Assembly: GCA_010093815.1 (NCBI GenBank)
Contig: ML996576.1
Origin: Pseudovirgaria hyperparasitica
Taxonomy: Eukaryota
Direction: 5' to 3' (one strand)
Length of the DNA: 64,000 bases
A program made the position numbers and the translations under genes. Shown here piece by piece: positions 48,308 to 57,524 of this stretch (position 1 is its first letter; the number at the start of each line of letters is the position of its first letter). The notes beneath the pieces were generated by a model, which was given only the letters and a program-made list of their open reading frames with translations, did not search any database and had not been told where the DNA came from.

Positions 48308-49570
48308 ATGACTTTAAATTACGGCCCGCATCCTCTCAATCGCTTGACATACGATCCTATAGTGCCTGACCTCGTAAACAAAACACCAGGTCTAAGAGCT
48401 GACCTCGACAAGTCTTTGGAAAAGCACATATGTATAATACATGACTTGGTTGGCGAAGACGAAAACCGGTTAGCATATCTTCTGAGCCCTCACATTCGCT
48501 ATCTTACGGCGGTTTCCAAAGCTGATGCCGACAATGTTTTTCGCGAGGAAAAGTACGAGAATTATGAGAAACTGATGGATTCGCAAAAAAAGCTTATGAA
48601 AGAGTTCATTGAGTTTCAAAAACTCCAGGACACGGTTGATGCTGAGACGTCTCGTGCACTCGAGCAAAACGTCAATATGTCTTTATCCGAAGGACTAAAC
48701 AAACTCAGGGCCGACAGTAGTATCACCAGTAAGAGAGCAGAAGCTGCGAAACAACGTGCTAGTTTACTGGAGAAGCTTCCCAAATTCTACCAGAATTGGC
48801 AGAAGTATCATGCAAATGCGGTTAAACCCGGGTCGCCTGTCAATGAGTTTGGCGTCTTGCCTTCCGGTTCAAACGTGTCGACCCATCCCCAGACTGACAT
48901 TGACTCCACTAAGAGTGATTCGGAAAAAGCGTTCAGCCAGTTCTCCACATTTGTTCTTTTCCAAAGGGCGATTTCCTCCAAGTTTTTAAAACTTCGCCAG
49001 GAATTGCGCGCCAATTTTGACGACGAGGACAAGGACAAGGACAATACCGAACGGTATCACAGCGATCTTTGCTTGCATTTTGAAATTATTGTCCGGAATA
49101 GTATCACACGTAAACGCATCACGGCTGGCGAAGGGAGAGTCACCAAAATGATACGCAGCTGGACAACCGGTGATGACTCGCAATCCATATATCTACAGAA
49201 AATGGGGACCGACTATGAGAGGATTTTCGCTCAGCAGATTCAATTGAATGAGTTCCTGCGTGAAGTGTTCCAGAACCAAATGAAAATCACAGACCGGGAA
49301 GAAGAGTTATATTCCAAGATCATCACTAAGCAGAAACAATTCGTCAAGGATTACGAGTTGGAAAAACAAGATTGGGTGGTATGGCAGGAAGACTGGGTAC
49401 AATATTATACCATGGCGGAAAACGTGTACGCTCAGGAGAAGGAAATCCTAATTCTCCCGTTCCGAGTGGACAATCGTATCAGCCAAGAGAGATATGTACA
49501 AGAGTGGAAGAACCACGGTCTCAAAACCATCAAGCCATTACAATCTAGGCTGCAGGGACTAGTTCTTTAA
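48308..49570 (+). CDS. Hypothetical protein, 420 aa, helical/coiled-coil-like; may extend 5' to 48134
   Basis: 1.26-kb uninterrupted K/E/Q-rich ORF; TATATATAAAG at about 48114-48124. Confidence 0.65.
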   Translation: MTLNYGPHPLNRLTYDPIVPDLVNKTPGLRADLDKSLEKHICIIHDLVGEDENRLAYLLSPHIRYLTAVSKADADNVFREEKYENYEKLMDSQKKLMKEFIEFQKLQDTVDAETSRALEQNVNMSLSEGLNKLRADSSITSKRAEAAKQRASLLEKLPKFYQNWQKYHANAVKPGSPVNEFGVLPSGSNVSTHPQTDIDSTKSDSEKAFSQFSTFVLFQRAISSKFLKLRQELRANFDDEDKDKDNTERYHSDLCLHFEIIVRNSITRKRITAGEGRVTKMIRSWTTGDDSQSIYLQKMGTDYERIFAQQIQLNEFLREVFQNQMKITDREEELYSKIITKQKQFVKDYELEKQDWVVWQEDWVQYYTMAENVYAQEKEILILPFRVDNRISQERYVQEWKNHGLKTIKPLQSRLQGLVL

Positions 49571-49698
49571 AGTGGGCTTTTTCTTGCGTTGAGGCATTCT
49601 CACCCGATATGTTTTCCGGTGTCGAACCTCCGGCATTAAATAGTATGAGAAGAGAACATTCCGGTCTTTGTGGCTTGCTAGATTAGTTACGATGAGGT

Positions 49699-49789
49699 AG
49701 ATATAGATCTAAAAGGCAGATATAGATTTAAAAGACAGATATAGATCTAAAAGTCAGACATAGATTTAAAAGTCAGACATAGATTTAAA
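49699..49789 (+). repeat. 19-bp tandem repeat, about 4.8 copies (AGAYATAGATYTAAAAGDC)
   Basis: Units start at 49699, 49718, 49737, 49756 and 49775. Confidence 0.9.
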
Positions 49790-50082
49790 TCAAGAGTTTT
49801 ATCAGATAGATATGACAATCTATGTCTCTCTTCCATAACTAGCCAATCTCTGTATGAACTTTAGCACTGTCAGGCAAGGTGGATTTCGTACTTTGAGATA
49901 GTGCATAGATCTCACTTGCTAAGGCAGAAGAATGCTCAGGTGTCTTATCGAATCTAACACCAGAGTTGTTTCGCTTGTTTAGTTGTCCTTCTCTTGTGAG
50001 TCAAATGTTCTGTAGCGTCCAGCTAGAATTGAAAAGGAAGAGAACAAACTCGAAGGCAGATTATTGGATCGATTGTGCTTAA

Positions 50083-50955
50083 CGCCGGAACCTCTATTTT
50101 GAAGGATTAGCATACTTCGATTTTTGAGAGAGCTCCTAAGCTGTACTGCATTTCTGGTAGTAGTAAGACTTTCCTGGATATGACGAATATGCTACTAGCA
50201 TATCTCCCAGGGTATAAACTACTTATACGGTCATACGCCGTCACTTGTATAGTAAACATCTCATGGGTATCCAATTAAGTTATAATGCTCTATAAATAAG
50301 TACTTAAAGCTTTACATAGATCTATAATAGAATACTAAGCTACAGGTTCTATACGAGTACGTTTTGTGCCAGTCCATAAGATCCGATGTCTATGAATGTA
50401 CGAAAGTAACACTTATAGGAAGCTTGATTTGCGCAATAGCAACGTGTATAGTTTGATATCGTCTAGCTATATTGTAATGCAACGATCGTATAGGGCACTA
50501 GTTCTGTCTTTAGATGACACGCACATTACGTAGGAGGCATAGAATTAGGAATGAGTGCTTTACGGAACAAGTCCCGTACTACGCCATGGAGGAATTTTCT
50601 AACTTTCCAATTTCAAATTTTTTGTCCTCTGTGATATATCAATACCCATTTTAGAAGCATTGTCCGTTATTAAGGATTTAACACCACCACTAAGTGCGAC
50701 TAGGTCAAGTAAGAGAGACCTTAATATATAGGACAAGGACACTGAAGAGTAGTCGAGTGTTTTTGATCTACTTAAGCAACTACTTAGATAATTCAAAGCA
50801 TTAAAACATAATGATGTGAATCTTTCGGCTGTTTCTAATGTCAGCCTAAATAAGTGTAGATATCCAATGCGCGCCGTAAAGCGTGAGAGAGTAAGAGACA
50901 CGAAGAGGTAAAGTATGGACATAGCTTCTATTCATCAGTCTGTCTTCTTCTACTA
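50083..50955 (+). pseudogene. Probable RIP-degraded protein-coding relic
   Basis: TpA-rich. Plus-strand stretches read as protein interrupted mostly by TAA/TAG, e.g. PILEALSVIKDLTPPLSATRSSKRDLNI*DKDTEE*SSVFDLLKQLLR*FKALK. Confidence 0.45.
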
Positions 50956-51084
50956 ATTTAATCCTGTATCCTTTCTACTTCATAGTAAGACGTGCGTGTA
51001 GGTGTGTATCATAGGTAGTGTGCCTATGTTTCTGTCCCAAGAAGGTCCTACGAACTGCCCAGCCATCCATACTCCGAGTAATCG

Positions 51085-51230
51085 AAACTCCCAGCAATCT
51101 AAAGTCCCAGCAACTTGAACTCCCAGCAATCTAAAGTCCCAGCAATCTGAACTCCCAGCAAGCTGAACTCCTAGCAATAATAACTTCCAGCAATCACAAT
51201 TCCCGTCAATATCAAAATTCCCAGCAACCC
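51085..51230 (+). repeat. 16-bp tandem repeat (RAASTCCCAGCAATCT), about 8 decaying copies
   Basis: aaactcccagcaatct, aaagtcccagcaactt, gaactcccagcaatct, aaagtcccagcaatct, gaactcccagcaagct, then more degenerate units. Confidence 0.9.
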
Positions 51231-51460
51231 CAATACTGACCAAAAACAATTCCCAGCATGCGTCTGCGTGTCCCAATCTCCTCCTATCAGATCCCAGCGG
51301 TCCCAATCCCAGAAATCCCAATTCTTAGAAGTTCCAATTCTTAGAAACCCCAAAACTCACCAAAATCAATGCGCCTCCACGTCCTATTCTCCTCCTACCA
51401 ATTCCCGAATCCCTCAACCTCACACCCCATAATTACATCCCCTTCCACCTCCTTCCCACC

Positions 51461-53736
51461 TCAGCCCTCACAAAGCACCCTCCTCCTCTCCCTCTCCCCC
51501 TCCCCTTCCCTAATTTCCACCTTCGGGCCCGCCTCCCCCCAATCCACCCCAAATTCCGCCTCCATCACCCCCATATACGCCTCAACACGCGCCATCGCAC
51601 GCCTTACCATAAACGCCTTCTCCCGTATATCCTCGCTCTCCGCGTCCGCAGGGTTGTTGCATTCCGACAGAAGAGATTTCTCCTCTCGCAACGCTAGTTC
51701 GAGCTGCATCGCTTCCCGACGGAAGCTACGCGTAATATGGGCTTTTATGTACTCGCCTTGGGATAGGTATTTGGGGAGGTGTTCGAGTGGGCGGAGCAAG
51801 GGCGTGTAGGAGCGGAGGAAGCGGGTGGGTGGTAGGGACGGACTGTATGTGACTTGGCGGCGTCGTGAGGTGGAGGATGGGTTTGATTCGGCATATGGCT
51901 TATTGCTGGAAGGTTCTCCGTCTAGCTTGTCAAGAGAAGTGTTGTCCAGTCCATCAAGAGGAGTGTCGTCTAGTTCATCAAGATGAGTGTCGTCCATTCC
52001 ATCAAGAGAAGTGTCGTCTAGTTCATCAAGATGAGTGTCGTCCAGTCCATCAAGATAAGTGTCGTCTAGTTCATCAAGAGAAGTGTTGTCTAGGTTTTCA
52101 AGAGAAGTGTTGTCTAGCTCATCAAGATAAGTGTCGTCTAGTTCATCAAGAGAAGTGTTGTCTAGCTCATCGAGATAAGTGTCGTCCAATTCATCCTCGA
52201 AAGTGGCATCGGATCCAGCGTCGTCGCTCACTCCCTGCTCCTCAACTGCCCAGTCTGGCCCAAGCGTCTCCTCAATGTTCGCGAGGGTGAGCTCACGCTT
52301 GACTTCACCGGGATGGCTGGGGACGGGGTTGGTAGTAATAGGGTAGAAGCCGTCGTCGTCTGCGCCGAGCGCGGGCTGCTGGTGGGAGACGTTGTAGTTG
52401 TTGCCATGACGGTCGACCCCGATACTAGAGTCAAGGGGTGGCATGGGAGCGGCGCGGGGGTGCATCGCTGGATTGGAGTTCTGAGCGTAGATGCCTTGAG
52501 GAGGATAGAATGCTGGGCCTTGATAAGAGGTCTGATGTACTTGATGATGTACTTGGTGATATGCTAGGCGAGGTGGGTGAGGTGGGTAGGGAGGGTCGTG
52601 GACAGGGGAGGGTCGTGGACAGAGGAGCTGATGTCGAACGGGGTGTTCCAGAATGTGGGGCCATGGGAGTAAATGATATTTGAAGGTCGTCCGAATGGGT
52701 CAGGGTTGAATGGTAGGTTGTTATCTGGTGCGAAGGGAGCTCGTGAGGACATATTCATGTCGAAGGAGCGGGGCTCTTCTCCCTTGCGTTGTTGGAAAGT
52801 CGCTTGCATTGCATCTAATGTCTTAGTAGGTAAATCGGTTCTGAATGCCGTTTCACCATGGAATCTTGTGAATGGAGCGTGGCGTGAGGCTTGATCACCG
52901 TGCCGACACTCTTGGGCATTGAGCTCAGATGACTTCTGAGCTGGTATGGTCACAGATATGCCAAGACCTTCACGCCCGGGTGATCCCGCGTCGAATACGA
53001 TGTGATTTCTCAGGGGATAATTGGTTGTTCTTTGCTTAGGGATCAGTGACTGACCGGCATTGAAGGGTGGTGGAGCAGAAGTGCCGTTCGGGCCCGTTCC
53101 GATAAACTGGAAATCCGACTGAGAGCATGCCTGGGGACCATTTCTCGGATCAGGGGCGGTCGACTGTCTGTCTCTGTGCATATATGCTTCATTCCTCAAG
53201 CTCACAAATGGCCTCTCTGTTTTCGAATTTCTGATGTCGACAAGTGTTTGTGAGGACGACGCTTTGATCGCTCCATACCCGTCATTCTCAGGAATGGCGC
53301 GGTTCCGATAAGGAGATCTATGATCCTCTAATGGGAAGTCCCACTGATGCGGAACGTCGTCAAAGATAGTCGAGGAAGAACTTGGACAAGCACGCCGAGA
53401 GAGACGGGGTCGACGCGCACGGGCACCATGAGCCGACTTACGCACCGTGATGGGGGAGGGAGTCCTTCCAGGATCAGACGAAACAGTCCTGGAGGATGGG
53501 GAAAGTGATGGTGCTACTCCTTTGCCAGCCATGACTGTAGATCTTGAAGAAGAATCAGTCATAGACCGGGGATCATGTAGAGGAGAGAGTAGGAACGAGG
53601 AGGAAGAAGTCAATTTATCAGAGGGATCGCTTATATAAGTTCTGAACCCTTCGTGAGCACGTGTTCTAAATCGAGTGACGGGTCTGGGAGCCCATTCACC
53701 TGGGTCCTCAAATGAAGGAACGTGAGCATGTGCCAC
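51461..53736 (-). pseudogene. Orphan gene split into two ORFs (52564-53736 and 51461-52465) by a 17-nt duplication; may still express one or both parts
   Basis: Removing one copy of the duplication at 52589-52622 gives one stop-free frame (..SVHDPP-YPPHPPRLAYHQVHHQVHQTSYQGPAFYPPQGIYAQNSNPA-MHPRAAP..). Confidence 0.65.
51920..52197 (-). repeat. Coding 24-bp tandem repeat encoding acidic octapeptides (DELDDTYL/DELDNTSL), about 11-12 copies
   Basis: Visible in DNA (..GTGTCGTCTAGTTCATCAAGA..) and in the translation. Confidence 0.93.
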
Positions 53737-55463
53737 TTATCGTGCGTCTATTGTCGGCTCATTCACTCGAAACAGATGAGAGCACTCTTTCGGTAAGGGA
53801 TGTCTCAGGACGCCGTTTTGGATGAAGTTTGATGCTCAAGCTATTCATCAAGCTCATTCATGTGGTGAAGTCTATCCTAGCTTTCTCGTCCTCAATGCTG
53901 ATGTTCATTTGCATACAACGGACATGCAGGGAGAAATAATTGGAGCAGAGGTACACTTAATCTCATCGTCCACATTCCACTCTGCAAACACCGTCATATT
54001 CATCGTCATCAAGCCAAGTCAACTTAAAGAAAGCCATTAAACATCACTTATGGAATCCCTAATAGAGCCCCTCACCGCGTGAACACTGCTAAGTCTTAGA
54101 ATATCGAACATGGATTCGCCCTCGCTAGCCTAGTCACGTTGTATAGTAAATGGGAACTGTCACACACCTCGACTATTAACTCCGCGTTCCACCTTTAACA
54201 GGACAACAAAAGTTTCACGCAGTAGGTCCGGAACAGCAGAGTGGTCCTAGATGTACTTGGGTCAACTTGGAGTCATCTTGTATGACAGTGACTCTCTGAA
54301 ACCTAGAGCCCTCTCATCATCATCAAATTAGCAATATACACGACTCAGTGAAACCTAGCATGACGCTAGTCATCTTTCCAGACTCACCATACATCATTCC
54401 AGACAAGAACCTTGCGTTTAACCCTCTTCTCAGCATCTTAGACCAAGTGGTTGCTTTCCCCTGAGCCCCTGTATGTGAATACCGTACGCTACCAAATCTA
54501 TTGACTCGCGTTATGCTCTAAGCGGTTATGTGATGATACATCATAGAGTTGTATCAGGTGGAAAGTCTCGAGGTCAACTACACAGCCTTCAACGCCATTC
54601 CACGCGACAACAATATAAGGCTATGGTCGAACTGTTCGTAGTCGTGTTGTGTCGTATACCTATCTCGTGTACGATGCCTGGTTGAATGTATGAACAAACG
54701 AGACGGTGGTTGGACGTTCACTTCATGGCATGTAATTGTAGTATCTACTCGAATACATATACAAAGGCACGCATATCGGACACACATACCAGCCACACCT
54801 CACCACTCCCTCTATCAACCCATCCGAGAGCTCGACTCATAGTCCCAGCAATACACGCAGAGATCCACACCCCCTTCCCAACGCTGAGGCTGGAACAAAG
54901 TACAATTCAGAACGAGGCGTATAGATCCGTCCTGTTCAGCGCTAGCTCGCCGGCTTAACAGGTGTACTAGCCGGCCGGGGGTATCCGTTCGCAATACACA
55001 TCTTGAGAAGTTTAGGCAGTCGAAGTGAGACAGTGAGAGCTGCGGGGGTCATTTTTTAGGTAGGGTCTGAGTATACGATGGTGGGAAGAGATTGAGGCTA
55101 CCTACCTACCTACCTAGCTAGGTAATAAACGATACAGCAGGGCAAGCGCTGACGAACTGTGCCGTAGTTGCCGCCGGGTGCGTGGTAAACCAGACGCCAA
55201 AAACGAAGCTTCGCGCGCGCTTATGAATGCCATCTGAGACCTGAAACATTTTTTCACTGCATTATTCTTGGTCTCAGGTTTTACCAGACTTATATTTCCT
55301 ACATTACTAGTATTCTTGCCCTAAATTTTTTTTTTTTTTGGCAAACATTCCTTCCTCACGTTCTTATCTGCTTCGGCACGCCATAATACAACTACATCGT
55401 CAGGTGCATCTTCGCTTTTCTCAACCTGAGGTATATATCTAGGCAGACCAAACCAGAGATACT

Positions 55464-56039
55464 ATGCCTTCGAACAAGAATCGTCTGTACATTGCTCTTT
55501 ATCCCAGTGGGGTCAGGGGAAACGAGGAACGCAGGTAACTAGCGTGTCTCCTTGGGGCTCACGTGTTGCAGGCTGACCGATATTATAGATACCATTGGGC
55601 ATTCCTCATTGGGCCGAAGGTTGAAAAGGGTGCCCACGTCCCCGGAATGCGCTACCACGCCAGGAACAGACCATTAGTCGGATGGGAATTTGAAGAGGTG
55701 CGGGTAGGCGATGTTCGGTTCACAAACACACTACTTGCCCGTGTTACTATTGCAAAGGTGGTCGACGAAAGGCGTCTAGTAGAGCTTTTTCGGGTTATCC
55801 CAGTCGTGAATGATGATCCGAATTGGCGCTGCCGCAGCTGGATCCAGCAGGCGCTGGCAGCGATTGCGCATGACCAAAGCTGCGTCAGCTCTTGCGAGCT
55901 GGATTGGGCGAGGATTGAGGCATTTGCAAGGCAATATGTCGCTGAGAAAACTGCTGCAGGGAGATATGCAGAGCATGAGGACATGCTAAAGCCGAAACCT
56001 ACGTACGATCTTCTCGAGGAGAAGGAGACTATAGCATGA
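55464..56039 (+). CDS. Small conserved fungal hypothetical protein (DUF6914-like); intron 55535-55588
   Basis: Spliced MPSNKNRLYIALYPSGVRGNEERR|YHWAFLIGPKVE..RYHARN..LLARVTIAKV..WRCRSWIQQAL..PTYDLLEEKETIA*. Family name is recalled from the motif pattern. Confidence 0.75.
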
Positions 56040-56103
56040 TGCGAGACAAGCTCATTCGCCCAGATCAGAATGGATCCGAGCTTCTGATAATGAGGCTCAG
56101 GTT

Positions 56104-56985
56104 TCACCACTCTCCCCACCACTTGCAGCGAGTTTTTTCCATTTCTAGCTCTTCGGGATAGGGGTCGAGCAGCGAGAACAGGGTTGCTTGCCATTTCTCT
56201 CTGAGTATATTTCCGCGCCATGCAGACGTATATTCCCAATATACGGGGTACCATCCTGAAAACTCCCAGTCAATAATACTTACAATTTTATCCCCACGAA
56301 CTAAGATATTAGACGGATTCAAATCGCAGTGCGTGAATACCGGGGGCGGCCACTGAACATCTTGCTTCTTAACCATAGCTTTAAGATCCTCTACTTCGCT
56401 ATCAGTAACATGGCCGCCCACCTTCGTGACATCAATATCCTCCCTCAGCCAGCGATGAAACTCATCGAAAGTCTTGAACGGCCCAAAGCGTGGCGACCCA
56501 TTCGGCAGCCGTGAATCGAACAAGGAGCCACCAGCACAGCTCCCAACGGCAATATCCTGCGGCGGTTTCAGCGTCCGCAGCTCTTGAATCATATCCTTAA
56601 GCTGCGCAAAGATCTTCTCCAGCGACTCCTTGGAAAGCTTCCTCCACGCATGCGCCAAATCCTCGCCTTTTACCCGCTCCATGACAATGTATGCTCTGTT
56701 TTTGTGGAGGAAGGAGCAGTAGACCTTGGGGACGGGAATGGATGTATGCCGGGCGACATAGTTCATGGTGACGGCCTCTGTCAAGTGCACCGAAAATCCC
56801 GTTTTGAGGATTTTGTGCCGCGAAAGTGGTCTACAAGGTCCATCCCATTTAAATAGTTTGGCGGTGGTGTGCAGTGCTAGCAGAGCTAGGTATCGACGAA
56901 CACGGGTATTCTTGAAGGCCAAGGCCTCACTGCCTATATGCTGGAGGTGGAAGTCGTTCGCAGGATTGTGATATTCGCTCTCCAT
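56104..56985 (-). CDS. Aminoglycoside-phosphotransferase/choline-kinase-like protein
   Basis: EAVTMNYVARHTSIPVPKVY, YIVMERVKG, GPFKT, Brenner-type VFTHCDLNPSNILV and IIDWEFSGWYPVYWEY. Confidence 0.92.
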   Translation of the reverse strand: MESEYHNPANDFHLQHIGSEALAFKNTRVRRYLALLALHTTAKLFKWDGPCRPLSRHKILKTGFSVHLTEAVTMNYVARHTSIPVPKVYCSFLHKNRAYIVMERVKGEDLAHAWRKLSKESLEKIFAQLKDMIQELRTLKPPQDIAVGSCAGGSLFDSRLPNGSPRFGPFKTFDEFHRWLREDIDVTKVGGHVTDSEVEDLKAMVKKQDVQWPPPVFTHCDLNPSNILVRGDKIVSIIDWEFSGWYPVYWEYTSAWRGNILREKWQATLFSLLDPYPEELEMEKTRCKWWGEW

Positions 56986-57524
56986 TGCGAGTATGGGTAC
57001 CCGACGATGGGTTACGCGGTGGGAGAGATGTTGCGCCTGAATAATTACGGGAGCAAAGATGGCACGGGTCTGACGACATAACGATACAGTTAGTCAGCAG
57101 TGCTATACCGTATCAGGTTATATACACTCATGATATCTCACTAAACCAATATAATAGTATCTCAAACCTACTCCTATTTATACTTTTTCTAGCTAGACTG
57201 ATAGATGAGAACCATTTATTTTTTACTAATGTATCTATCAGAGTGCAGCGAGCCTGCTAGAAATCGATATTGAAATAGGTCTGTGTATGTATATGTAGAG
57301 TAGCTAAGCAGATATACGTAGTCATACAGTCTAACGGCAAGAAAACGCCAAACAGCTTTCCTCTAAACGTGATATGACGCTGAACAAACAAGTCGCTGGG
57401 GAGACGCCAATACTATGCATTCGCAATCGCAAAACTGCTTGACAACAACCAAAATCAAAACTTGACCGTCGTAATGTCGTGTACACAAAACAAAAACATG
57501 GACGCAATGCATTATGCTTGCAAA

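Noticed and set aside
49699..51350. Repeat arrays considered as CRISPR-like
   Set aside because: Units are directly adjacent with no unique spacers, there are no cas genes, and the genome is eukaryotic.
50980..51353. Minus-strand ORFs with CWDFRLLGVQ repeats
   Set aside because: They derive from a 16-bp (non-triplet) repeat and are unlikely to be coding.
20600..57000. Starship, transposon or secondary-metabolite cluster as an explanation for the accessory block
   Set aside because: No tyrosine recombinase, transposase, reverse transcriptase, terminal repeats or PKS/NRPS/terpene core gene is recognisable.
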